Positions 26,232 through 37,200 of a stretch of 64,000 nt of DNA are shown piece after piece. How positions within the stretch are numbered: the first letter of the stretch is position 1; each line of letters starts with the position of its first letter. The notes under the pieces were generated by a model. It ran no database searches, was not told the DNA's origin, and worked only from the letters and a program-made list of their open reading frames with translations. The stretch is from NCBI GenBank assembly GCA_000004985.1, contig GG738921.1; one strand, given 5' to 3'. The stretch comes from Naegleria gruberi. Taxonomy: Eukaryota. The position numbers and the translations under genes were made by a program.

Positions 26232-26668
26232 TTATTGGATTGGATTACAAATTAAAATCCCTAGTAATATTAATGATATTCCAGTATAGATTTGTATTTT
26301 ATTTTTCCTAGAATGTCCTAAAATGTAAATATCTGTCAACTCTGTTATGACACAAGTCAATGAATTAACACTAATTACAGCACTAATTGGTGTTAAAATT
26401 AACTTGTTTTGTAAACTTACGTTGTAAGATTGGTATGGCCAAGAATTAATACAAACATGATTGATCCACACCAATTGATTAATTGAGTAATAACAAATTT
26501 GTAATTTTTAAATAATGAAATAATTTGATTAAATATTTGATTTAAAAAAGATTTTGGGCTATCTTCTTTTTCTTCAAATGATGCACTTCCATAGTATTTG
26601 AGGAGTGGATTTGTCATGCCCCACACAAGACTATTCAACAAAATGTACAGAAAAACGTATTCATTCAT
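26232..26668 (-). CDS. TMEM234 homologue (small DMT-like membrane protein), 2 exons with a 38-nt intron
   Basis: The match to recalled TMEM234 is WGMTNPLLK...INWCGSIMFVLILGHTNLTT | AVISVNSLTCVI against WGGTQPLLK...NQCGSLLYYLTLASTDLTL AVPICNSLAIIF. The exons are 26668..26421 and 26382..26232. The intron is GTAAGTTTACAAAACAAGTTAATTTTAACACCAATTAG (26383..26420). Removing it gives a gap-free alignment. Confidence 0.7.
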
Positions 26669-26690
26669 TTTTTTTAAGTTGTTTACAAAA

Positions 26691-27995
26691 TTATTTCATC
26701 AAGTAAAACTTTTCCTTTTTCAAAACTGATTGTTGGATCTTGCAATGCTTCTTCAGCAATGTTTCCAACTCTTGATGAAGTGCGTTTTCACTTTTAGAGA
26801 GCATTAGTTCAGAAAAATAAATTAAAATTTCGTTAAAGGTCCATTTTGGTTTGCATTTGAACATTCTTGTGAGTCTTTCTTTGTATTGAGATGGTAAATC
26901 TCTTCTATCTAAAAAGTGAATCATTGTGTTTTCTTTCGATAAATTCTTTTCTTCTTCAACCAAGACACAATATCCTTGTGAGATTAAAAGTGAAATATCT
27001 GGATTTCTATAATTTAGAGCTTGTTGGAATGAATTCATTGATTCATCCCAAGTATTTTGGAAGTCTTTTAGTCTCCACTTATTATGAGTATTGAATAATG
27101 AAATAGCATTAAATATACAAATCTTATTGATATCAAGTTCAACAGTAGAGTTGAAGGATGGTTGTGATGATAGAAGGTCAAGACAGTGTTCAAGTAAGAG
27201 ATGATCATATTCACCACCAAGCTCTTTTTTAACATTTTCTCTATCTAAAGCTAATTTGGTTGAAAAAGAGGTTTCTGCGAGCATTAATAGCAATAGTTCA
27301 TAAATTTGGAAGAATAATTTTTGATCTAATAAATACCAACGATTTGTTCTGTCATTACAAATTGCATGACATTCATATGTTAAGCAGTTCAGTATTTCAT
27401 TTCTACTGGCTTTGATACAAGACTCTAATTCCTCCAAAGTGAGAGCTTCCTTCTTATTTTCAGATCTAAATTTTACATTGCCAGTAATTGTCTCTGATTC
27501 ACTAATACCATTCTTTGGATAGTATGGTAATATTTTCTCAATATCTTCTTTCAATTTGACCACAGAAGGTGTTATTTCATAGGTACAGGATACTCTTCCA
27601 TGTATTTCACCACTACTTGGATCCAAAATTAATACAGTATTAGAAGTGTCAACTCGAGTAATTTCAAAACTATTAGAGTCTGTACACAAAAAAGCTGGAC
27701 TATTATTTTCACCCTTGATGTAGAATGCTGTTGGTAAAGAATCCAAATCTTGTTCAATTTTTAAAATCTCATCTTCATCTTGCATAATATCGGATGAGCC
27801 TCCAACAGATTCCAAATATCCATCAATATCAAAATCATCGGGAAGTTCAAACACTCTATACATTGGCTCATTACCCATAAAATTTTGAGAAAAATATAAT
27901 TCTAAAGGTGTTGCCACGCTGATCACTTCTCCTGTTGGTGTTGTGATTAATTCCCTATTATTGTTATTTGGTGTTGAAGGTTGTTGTTGACTCAT
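26691..27995 (-). CDS. Sister chromatid cohesion protein DCC1 (Ctf18-RFC subunit)-like
   Basis: Blocks follow the recalled DSCC1 order: ILNCLTYECHAICNDRTNRWYLLD, LKDFQNTWDESMNSFQQALN...LISQGYCVL and DLPSQYKERLTRMFKCKPKWTFNEILIYFSEL. Confidence 0.65.
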   Translation of the reverse strand: MSQQQPSTPNNNNRELITTPTGEVISVATPLELYFSQNFMGNEPMYRVFELPDDFDIDGYLESVGGSSDIMQDEDEILKIEQDLDSLPTAFYIKGENNSPAFLCTDSNSFEITRVDTSNTVLILDPSSGEIHGRVSCTYEITPSVVKLKEDIEKILPYYPKNGISESETITGNVKFRSENKKEALTLEELESCIKASRNEILNCLTYECHAICNDRTNRWYLLDQKLFFQIYELLLLMLAETSFSTKLALDRENVKKELGGEYDHLLLEHCLDLLSSQPSFNSTVELDINKICIFNAISLFNTHNKWRLKDFQNTWDESMNSFQQALNYRNPDISLLISQGYCVLVEEEKNLSKENTMIHFLDRRDLPSQYKERLTRMFKCKPKWTFNEILIYFSELMLSKSENALHQELETLLKKHCKIQQSVLKKEKFYLMK

Positions 27996-28246
27996 TTTTT
28001 TAATTTGAATAAAATAAACATTTCATTTTGGCGGGAAAATTGTTTTGACAATAACTTGCACAATAAAAATTGAATAATTCTCGGATTTAATCAAAGAGTA
28101 CCGGTACTAGTCGATGATACATTTAAATACGAAAAGGTGAAGTGTAAAAGTTTAAATTTTAATTTTAGCTATTGTCAGTTTCAAATCCCAATTCTAACCT
28201 TCTTCTTCATGTTCAAATAATTTTTTCATTTTTGAACTAAAAAAAA

Positions 28247-30463
28247 ATGCACAACAACATCAACCTGCCCTATTACGATCACTCTCTAGGAGGGGAATAT
28301 AATGATTCGGATGATATGGAAACAATGTATGGGATTAAGAAAAATCATGGAGTACAACAGTCAAATTTTGGTTACTATGATGATGGTAGTTGTAAACATT
28401 GTGGAGCATCATCAGAATATATTGAATCCGATGAATTTAATTATGAAGTTTGTAGTAAATGTGGAACACAAGTAACATCTTCATCACAACCAATATCAAT
28501 ATTTAGAGAAGAAATAGAATTTGATAAGGATAATTCGAAAAAGATTGGACGACATGTTTCTAATGATGAAGGCTTTTTTGGAGCCTATTTGATGGCAACA
28601 TCATCCGATCCAAGTGCAATCATTCATGGTCAAAATTCTAAAGCTCAAGCCAGATTACAAAGACAATTGGGTGCCAAAAAGAAGGCTGAAATTAGAACTG
28701 CAAAATTATTGAGTGCTTTGAAATTACCAAATCGTTACCTTCCAGAAGTAATGAATTTTGTTTGTAAAATGGCAGAAAAACCAAATAATGTAACAACAAA
28801 AAAATCAGAAAAGAAAGTTCACAGTAATAAGATTGGATCACCAGACTCACAAAGTGGTGGTAGTGCTGGATGTATCTATAATTTAGGTACTCAAGAAGTG
28901 ATAGATTTTGATGAATTTGCATCAGATGAGGAAAATTTTGATGAAATACCAACTAAAGCCAAATTAGAATCATCTAGTGATGGGTTTAGTCCAGAAAGAG
29001 ATTTTGATCCTTTACCTAGTAGTACTGATGAAACTAAATTTGAGGATGACCCAAGAGAACATAGCTTAAATTTAATGAAACAAAGATTTCAATCCACTTT
29101 ACTTTCAACAAAGCAACAAGAAAAGACAACGAAAAAGGAGGAAGAATCAGAATCAAGCGATATTATCAAATTCAAATACACAAAAGAAAAGTGGATGGAT
29201 GGTGTGATAGCTGGAGCTCTCTATGTAGTGTGTAGACGCGAAAAACTACCAATAACACTTTTGGATCTTTCAGAAGTAACAGGATACAGTATTTTTGAGC
29301 TGGGAAGAAAATACAAGGAAATTTGTAAAACTTTTAATATTCAAGTGGATCCATTGGATTTGGAAACTTTATGTGATAGAATGACTAATGAATTTTCTGA
29401 TTGTTTCACAGATGAAAATGGGCAAGTTAATATCAAGACTAAAACAGATATCAATTTGAGGATGAGAAGAATTATTAGAGTTGCTATGAAAGAATGTTTA
29501 GATTCAGGGAGAAGACCTATTGCTCTGGTTGCAGCTGCTCTTTTACTTGCATTACAATCATGCTCGATTGATATGAAATTATCAGAAGTTGCGAGATCTA
29601 CACATGTAGGAGAGGCTACAATAAGAGAAAGATTTAACGAGCTCAAGCAGCTTTTAATGAACCTTTCGAAACAACTCCCTTGGGCTCATGAAATCACACT
29701 CAAAACACTTCCAAGACATTTACCATTTATTCTCGATGTAGTTGAACAACTCAGAGATTTACAGAGAACCAGAATTGATGATGAATCTTCGGCGAGCTCA
29801 AGCTCGGATTCTCCATCGAATAATAATACGTTCAATCAGTCGTTTGTATCTGAAACAAAAACTGAGGAATCTGCTTTGCCAGAACATATAGTGAAGGGTA
29901 ATATTCAGAGAATTTTGGGATTGACAAAGGGTAAATTGGCTAAGGAGATATCAATAATTAATTCTCAACTCCCAAGTCCAATGCCACCTGCATTTATCAA
30001 GGCTCAACTAGAAAAGGAAAGGAAAAAGGCCATAGTCATGCTTGCCAAGCAAAGAATTCAAAATTCTCTTTCAGGAATATCTAATAGTGAAACTTTACCA
30101 ACTGCTATGATAGAGTCAGATGTGTTGGAGATGGAAAAACTTCTATTGCAAGGTGTCTCAGAGGAGGCCTTAATTTCTGGACATACTCACTTGAGCACTT
30201 TGCCATATTTCCTTGGTAAGGATGGAGTAGACAAGGGTGAGGAACTAACTGAAATGGATGTCTCTCAAAAGGAATTGAACGATATAATGAGGAGTAAGGA
30301 AGAAATTGCTGCACTGGTAGGAATTAGAGAAGAACATGGTGATGATATTGATGCTGAAATATCTATAAAGGAGGTTACACGGAAAAGAAAGAAGGAGGAA
30401 GATGATACCAATTACATTTCTGCCACCTTACTCAATCCAAGTTTAAAAAAAATTAAAAAATAA
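28247..30463 (+). CDS. TFIIB-family general transcription factor paralogue (N-terminal zinc ribbon + two cyclin folds; BRF/TAF1B(Rrn7)-like, paralogue undetermined)
   Basis: The zinc ribbon is CKHCGASSEY...CSKCGTQV. The first cyclin-fold helix pair (LPNRYLPEVMNFVCKMAEK ... GVIAGALYVVCRREKLPITLLDLSEVTGYSIFELGRKYKEI) is split by a ~250-aa acidic, low-complexity insert. The second fold is RRPIALVAAALLLALQ...LSEVARSTHVGEATIRERFNEL. Confidence 0.6.
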   Translation: MHNNINLPYYDHSLGGEYNDSDDMETMYGIKKNHGVQQSNFGYYDDGSCKHCGASSEYIESDEFNYEVCSKCGTQVTSSSQPISIFREEIEFDKDNSKKIGRHVSNDEGFFGAYLMATSSDPSAIIHGQNSKAQARLQRQLGAKKKAEIRTAKLLSALKLPNRYLPEVMNFVCKMAEKPNNVTTKKSEKKVHSNKIGSPDSQSGGSAGCIYNLGTQEVIDFDEFASDEENFDEIPTKAKLESSSDGFSPERDFDPLPSSTDETKFEDDPREHSLNLMKQRFQSTLLSTKQQEKTTKKEEESESSDIIKFKYTKEKWMDGVIAGALYVVCRREKLPITLLDLSEVTGYSIFELGRKYKEICKTFNIQVDPLDLETLCDRMTNEFSDCFTDENGQVNIKTKTDINLRMRRIIRVAMKECLDSGRRPIALVAAALLLALQSCSIDMKLSEVARSTHVGEATIRERFNELKQLLMNLSKQLPWAHEITLKTLPRHLPFILDVVEQLRDLQRTRIDDESSASSSSDSPSNNNTFNQSFVSETKTEESALPEHIVKGNIQRILGLTKGKLAKEISIINSQLPSPMPPAFIKAQLEKERKKAIVMLAKQRIQNSLSGISNSETLPTAMIESDVLEMEKLLLQGVSEEALISGHTHLSTLPYFLGKDGVDKGEELTEMDVSQKELNDIMRSKEEIAALVGIREEHGDDIDAEISIKEVTRKRKKEEDDTNYISATLLNPSLKKIKK

Positions 30464-30578
30464 CTTTGACAAATCCTTTTATGGTCCTTTTTGATATGTA
30501 TTAATATATTTATGAAAAATTGAAAAAATCAGAGGTTACGTATGGGAGATAACTTTTGCTGTTAGTTATTTAATGTAA

Positions 30579-30665
30579 CCGATGATAGCTCAGCTGGTAG
30601 AGCATGGGACTGTAGCAAGAACAACTGTCATCCTGTGGTCGGCGGTTCGATTCCGTCTCATCGGA
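30579..30665 (+). tRNA. tRNA-Tyr (GTA) with 14-nt intron (30616..30629)
   Basis: The acceptor stem CCGATGA pairs with TCATCGG. The D-arm is TAGCTCAGCTGGTAGAGC (A box). The anticodon loop is CTGTAG followed by the intron CAAGAACAACTGTC one nt 3' of the anticodon. The T-arm is GGTTCGATTCC (B box). A T-run lies downstream. Confidence 0.85.
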
Positions 30666-30735
30666 AGCTTTTAACAATTTTGTATTTTAATTGGTATTTA
30701 AGGAATTTAATTAAGGATAATAAGGTCAATGTGAA

Positions 30736-30808
30736 GCTGGCGTAGCTCAGTCGGTAGAGCGTTGGTCTAATAAGCCATTGGTCGCCGGTTCGATCCCGTC
30801 CGTCAGCA
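30736..30808 (+). tRNA. tRNA-Ile (AAT), tandem to tRNA-Tyr; two stem mispairs
   Basis: The sequence is GCTGGCG/TAGCTCAGTCGGTAGAGC/G/TTGGT-CTAATAA-GCCAT/TGGTC/GCCGG-TTCGATC-CCGTC/CGTCAGC-A, with canonical A and B boxes. There is a 27:43 T·T mismatch and a 50:64 C·T mismatch. TTTT lies downstream. Confidence 0.65.
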
Positions 30809-31223
30809 GATGTTTTATCTTTTGAGGATCTTTTGTTCCTTTCAAAATAGGAAGAAACTTTTTTTTTAAATATATCTGTAAAACATGGGATCTTTTAATA
30901 GCAGAAACCCCTTGGTAATGACTTCCATGAGTACAAAACTGGGAATTTAATAAGAAAGTTCGTTGAAACAACTCTTATTTTCATTAAAGACGGTACACAT
31001 TTCACTCATCGTCACTTTAAACTAATTTACCAGAGCAGTGTGTTTTAATGAAGATCTTACAACTGAACTAAAAGAAAATGCAACATGCAATTCCTCCTTT
31101 TTCAATCTTGTCTCTTCTTCTGTGTCCTATTTTTCGGTAAAAGTCTTAATACATAAAACATATAGCAATGTTTATTGAAAGAGCTACGTTCATTTCAATT
31201 TTGAATTTAATGAGACAAATTTA

Positions 31224-31273
31224 NNNNNNNNNNNNNNNNNNNNNNNNNNNNNNNNNNNNNNNNNNNNNNNNNN
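31224..31273. other. Assembly gap (further 50-nt gaps at 32706..32755 and 42926..42975)
   Basis: N runs. Confidence 0.99.
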
Positions 31274-31890
31274 GACATTCGGACAGTTGTATGAAGACTA
31301 CAGCGCCTAGAATTATTGCTCATGATTTTACAAGAAATAATTATTTCCTTGGAATGTTAAAGCTGAAAAGAGGTTAATTATTTTTCCAGGTGGTAATTCA
31401 ATTCGGCTGCTTGACAAGTTAATCCCTGAACATTAATCATTCCTTTTGNTTTGGTATCTTTCTGTGATACATAGTAATATAATTTTCCTATTTTTCAAAT
31501 TATTATTACAATATTGTAGGTTAAAGATGAGAATATAGTATTCGAAACAATTTATTTACTCAACCTGAAATAGATGCAATTACTTGCAAAAATGCCACTC
31601 AAAATTACTGTGGTTTTGTCATGCAGTACAAAACCCATGGATGAGCAAAATTTGTCCTTGAATTATAGTGTCGACATATAAAGTTTCAATTTTTGAATAT
31701 GCAACAAATGGGTTATAATATTAAAAAATTCTTTTCCTATATTCTCAACTTGATTTTTAGAATTTATAATGATCCCTATACAATGATTCCTTAATATGAT
31801 AATATTATATATTAGATTTATTTGATCATCACTTCAAACCAAAAATCTCCCGCTAACATTATTAAGATATTAAAAATATTTACAAAAAAA

Positions 31891-32697
31891 ATGAACCAAC
31901 TCGATCCTAGTGCCTTATCCCAAATTGCTTCATTCCTTACTGTAGATGATATTGATGCTTTCAAATTTATAAACCGAAAGAACGTGGCAGTCTTAGGAAG
32001 TGGTATAAAATCTCAATCGTTGGTGAATCGGGATTTTTCCTATCTTTTTGATGATCATCATGAGAACAGTGATTTGGAAAGGGAGTGGTCAATCTTTGAA
32101 GATCGTAATATACCATCCATTCTGATTCAATTGAATTTTTTAGAAGATGATTTTCCAATCTCTCATGTATTGAGATTCTTTAGACATTTAGTTGGAGAAA
32201 AGAATTTTAAACAATGGAGTAGTACAGAAGCCGATATTATCATTAATTGGGGTTCGGAGGGAAGAAGTTCAATGGATTTAATATTTAAGGAACTTGATGC
32301 TCTTTCGTCTATTAATTTGAAAGGCATGGAGGCAGAGAATCAGGAACAAACAGTAAGAGAAATGATCTCAAATTGGAGAGAAAACAAGAGGTTTTTCATA
32401 AGTGAAAACGATGTTCTAAACCCTTTCCGAGTTTTTAAAAAGATTAAGATCAAAATTCAAGGGTTTCAGGATAAATTTTCAAATCTGTATGAGGAACACC
32501 CGAGACCAATTCGTTGTAAAAATTGCATCCATGTAACAAGTTCCCATCCCAAAACATTTTTCAATGAATATGATGTGATTATGTTTAATGGTTCCATCAA
32601 ACATGATTATAAAACATGTACAACATTTGACAATCTTCCAAGAGACAAATTTGAAAAATTTGATGAAAAATGCAGGCTTTTCTCTATAGCATGGTAG
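31891..32697 (+). CDS. Hypothetical protein (no recognised domain); may be the N-terminal part of the downstream protease gene across the 32706..32755 gap
   Basis: It is a 269-aa ORF from ATG 31891 (AAAAAAAATG). Its composition lacks the N/Q runs typical of neighbouring genes. Confidence 0.35.
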   Translation: MNQLDPSALSQIASFLTVDDIDAFKFINRKNVAVLGSGIKSQSLVNRDFSYLFDDHHENSDLEREWSIFEDRNIPSILIQLNFLEDDFPISHVLRFFRHLVGEKNFKQWSSTEADIIINWGSEGRSSMDLIFKELDALSSINLKGMEAENQEQTVREMISNWRENKRFFISENDVLNPFRVFKKIKIKIQGFQDKFSNLYEEHPRPIRCKNCIHVTSSHPKTFFNEYDVIMFNGSIKHDYKTCTTFDNLPRDKFEKFDEKCRLFSIAW

Positions 32698-32755
32698 ATC
32701 AAGTGNNNNNNNNNNNNNNNNNNNNNNNNNNNNNNNNNNNNNNNNNNNNNNNNNN

Positions 32756-33967
32756 AGCTCTCCCCATTGAATACAATCTCTCTTCATTCTCAAATCATAA
32801 CAACAAGATTAATGAAGCCTTGATGGTCCGAATGAAAATGATTAACAATAACACTCGAGCAGATGATGAAGGCATACCTGAGCTTCTAATCCCTAACATT
32901 TACAAAGATTCTTCTGCTGCTTTCAACATCTTTATGGTGTTTGATAAATATACATTCAAAGAGGCCCAAGATGAAGGAATTATTACTGAAGAAGAAATTA
33001 AAAGAGTAACCGAAAATAATCCAGTTATAATTCATGGTGGGAATGATGGTAAACTAATTTGTTCTGGATCTGCCTTTTTGTTACATCCTTGGTTCAATAG
33101 ACCTCAAGAATCTCAAACTCTATACTTCGCAACAGCTAGACACAATCTGTGCAAACAGATATTGAACAACTATGTGATTAAATTATCCACAATGTATGTC
33201 ACTGAGCATGTGCAAACTGATGTGTATCATCAAGACATTGGTTTAAACAATTATGATAAAATTCTTGCCACCCCATTAATTAAGAAGGATGTTGAATCCT
33301 TAATGTGTACATCAGATCCAGATATAACTTTTTTCAAAATCCATCTAGATGGTTTTTCCAATCATAGAATGGCATTTGAATTCTTTAGCAAAGCAAGATA
33401 TTTCATTCCAAAATCTGTAACGCAACTTTCAACAATTAATGATGAAAGCTATAATGTTGGAATAGCTTGTGTATTAGGAAAGTGGAGAGATGTGGATTTT
33501 GAAAGGTAAGTATTCAATTATTTAAGTAGTTATATTTTATGACAAGATTGGAAAACACTAGCCCAAGTATTGAGTGGACTGAATCATTAAGGCAATATCT
33601 GAACTCAACTAATCGACCTGGAGGTGTGGTTTGGTCATTTGGTCAGTCAAAAGGATTCAAAACTATTGGAAACATTGACTATATTTGTTATAATTGTGCC
33701 TCTGCACCTGGATGTAGTGGCGGAGCTTGTATTTTAATGAATCCAATCAGTAATCCTTATCCGTCCAAAGAACAATGTATCTCATTCATTGGTGTTCACA
33801 GAGGGTTTAGTCCACAACATGACTGTAACATTGCAACTCCATTCTCCATAGCGAAAGATCAATACAAGACACTCATCTATGCCAATATTAAGAATGATTT
33901 GCCAAGAAAGGGAAGAAGACAAATAGAAGAGTTTTTGGGTGAAAAAGGATCTTGTACTGTATTGTAA
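32756..33967 (+). CDS. Chymotrypsin-fold serine peptidase (GxSGG nucleophile motif, 3C/V8-like His in S1 wall); 5' end in gap; 41-nt intron 33506..33546
   Basis: The His motif FATARHNL is in exon 1. The nucleophile motif APGCSGGACIL and then ISFIGVHRGF (GxH, as in Glu/Gln-specific 3C-like and V8 proteases) are in exon 2. Exon 1 ends GAAAG|GTAAGTATTC, and ..TGACAAG|ATTGG restores the frame (DVDFE-R-LENTSP). Confidence 0.55.
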
Positions 33968-34263
33968 ATAACCAATCTGTCCATATTTTGAGAGCATCCC
34001 TAAATTCTCGTCCTGTACAATAATTTCAATTTATTCAAAGTTAGCATTTCCATTAACAAATCCTCTAACATTGAATGTTGTTTTATTTTTCAATTATTAT
34101 TTAGATCCCAAACTATCAGTTTCAACAAGACAAATTAAAATACACATGATAACAGACGATTTCTTGTTTTGATAGAACTTTTTGGAGTTTTATAATTTTT
34201 TAATCTATTTTTTATTATTAAAAATTTAATTTTTGATAAACTGGGTGAAATAATCAAGAAAAC

Positions 34264-37200
34264 TTAGATTTCTTGACAATAATTACCAGGGAAGAGTCCC
34301 CTCTTTCCTTGTTTTTCACCTTCCCACCAACCAGATGGATCTTTATCTAACAAGGTAATAATTTCTCCTTCACGAAGAGTCAACTCGTCGTCAGCTGAAG
34401 CTTGATAATTGTACAATACCTTAACCTTTGGCTTTTCATCCTTCTTTGGTGGAGGTGGTAACTTCTTCTTATATGCACCACCGCCTTGTTCTTGTTGTTG
34501 AGCTAGGTAGGTTGATTCTTGAATTGGTGCAGTTTCCAATAATGACATTCTGTGACCAATTTGTTTTGGTTGATTGTTGGCTTGATAGGCTTGCATCTTA
34601 ACTTCGACCTTCTTTGGTTGGGAACTTGCTGGTAAACCATCAGCAATACCAATCTTGTAGCCAGAACCAGAACCAGAAACGTTGGCTAACTTGCTCTTTG
34701 GATCCAATACAAATTCTGCCTTCTTAACAGTCTTCTTCTTCTTATTCTCAGTGAAGGACAACATATTTTCAAAGGTACGAGGAATATCACGATTCATCTT
34801 GGCTCTGTATTGATCGTTCAAAATGGCCAAAAATTCAGTCTTGTTTTCACATTCCAAGAATAAGTCATCAATGTTTGGATCATTGATTTGAATGGCAAGC
34901 CAATTGTCAGACAATTGAGACATGGAAACACATTGAATTTGATTCATGGAAATTCTACACAACATGTCCATAATGAATTGCTTCTTGACCTTTTCACGAT
35001 GGATAAAGTACAAGGCCTCATTGGTCAATAGACCCCAAATCTTGTCGAAAGTGACACCCTTCAAGAGTTTCTTCTTTGGTCTCATGAAAATATCACCAAA
35101 GACAACACCACCATCATCTTTACGACCTTGCTTTTTCATCACTTCTTGCAATTGAGCATTATCCATATAATTGGCATGGTCACCCAAAAAGTTTCTATTG
35201 AGTGACAATCTACGACGTTGCTTTCTTCCTTCCAACAAGTCAGCACTGGTATTTCTCAACTTGATAAAGTAACGTTTCAACTTGTAGTTACGCCACAATC
35301 TTTGCATTTGAGTAGCATTGTCGTGGAATAAACGTTCCTTACTTTCTTCCAAACCAAAGAGAGTATCTGGCTTTCTCAAAAAGATTTTAGTTTTACCCAT
35401 TTGATATTCACCTTGATCAATGCCCATATCCTTCAAAATGGTTTCACAACCAGTACGTGGATCACCCTTCCATTGTGGCCATGTCTTTTTAGAGAGGACA
35501 GAGAAGGAGTTCAAGAACTTTTGGAATGGAGCACGGAATGCAAAACCAGCTCTTCTCACACGAATATTTTCCAACAAACCCAAATATTTGACTTGATGGA
35601 GTACACGTTTGGTATCAAAGTCACGAGGTTGCTTGGTTTCGTTTGGTTTAATACAACGAATATAGTGAGGTTCACACTTTTTCAATGTTGCAACCAATTC
35701 CACAGCAGAATTCTTAATCTTAAAACCAGCACTTTCAGGTCTCTTCTTATCATTTTCATTGACATTTTCAGGGAAGAACTTTCTAATGAAAGAATTGGTT
35801 GTAGATTGCATACATTGAATCAAGGTCTTGTAGAGAACGTCCTTATTCTTATCAGTGAAACCATCAATGTTATAATCGACAGTACCAGCATAGTGCTTAA
35901 CTGAAAATTCATTGGTACGACCAACAAAGTGAGGATTATTGACAACTTCACGCAAACGTGTCAAGAATTTTTCATCAGCAGCTCTAGCTTCCATAGAGTG
36001 AGTAGTGTTACAAGTGTCATCGAGAATGGAAAAGATACCAGGTGGATTCTTTTCTTCAATCAAATCACAGACAATCTTATTGTTAAAGTATTGAATTGGT
36101 TCCCATTTGATACCTTCTTGAGTATATTCTTCCTGTTCTGCTTTAAGTGTCAAGTCAATAAAGATTTGTTGCAATTTTTCATTGACATAATTGATACAGA
36201 ATTGTTCAAAACCATTCTTGTCAAAGATTTCAAAACCATAAATGTCCAAAACAGCTAAAATCAAAGTATTCTTCTTTGTATCCATGGCATCATTGATACG
36301 TTTAACCAACCAATCGAACAATCTAGCATATAATACCTTAGCCAAGGCATCACGAATGTTGGCAGCTTGAGCAGGTGATTGAGAAACTGTAATTTCTTCA
36401 TTACCTGATTTGATAATTCTATTCAACAAGGCAAATTGCAACTTATCAGAAGCAACATTGAGTAAATAGGCAGCATAATCCAAAGTACCTGAATCTTCAA
36501 CAACAGATCCTTTACCAGCTTCTCTAAATGTAATGTTACCAAGCCACAAGATACCTGCAACCATTCTCATGATATTTGATTGTTCTTCCTTTGTAATACC
36601 AATAACGTCCATGGCCTTTCTAGTCAATTGATATTCTTCAGCATCATCAATACCATCAACATTGTAACAACCAGATTGTGATAAGTAGTAGAAATCGTGA
36701 GCATTGGTTGTGGCAAATTCTTCCTTTTCTTCCTTAGAAGCACCTGCACACAATTGATAGAAAATGTGGAAGTTACGTTCACCAGCTTGTTGATAGACAA
36801 CTCTGGATTTTTCCAAGAGATAGTTGGTAATTTTACCACCTATTGGATCACCTCTATCATCAAACTGTTTAATAGTTGAGTAGTAGTAGTAGTTGTGGTA
36901 GTAGTAGTTACAGTTTACAATGAAATTTTTGTAACAAGTACATATTGAAATAAATTACAAAAAAATGTTAAACATTATATTAACAAATCAGCAAGTAGTA
37001 CAACATACCTGAATTTCAAAGAATTTACCGAAACGAGATGAATTGTTGTTACGAACAGTTTTGGCATTACCAAAAGCTTCTAACAATGGATTGGACTCGA
37101 GGATAATTCTCTTCACACGATCAACACCAACACCATCACCAGAAACAGCAGCAATATATTGCATAATTAACTTGGAAGCTTCAGTCTATTATAACAATTT

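Noticed and set aside
30747-30971. Minus-strand 74-aa ORF overlapping tRNA-Ile
   Set aside because: It overlaps a well-formed tRNA gene on the other strand and has no coding features.
34946-36258. Several + strand ORFs (34946..35155, 35401..35904, 35929..36258) inside the myosin locus
   Set aside because: They are antisense to a strongly supported myosin I exon and have no recognisable motifs.
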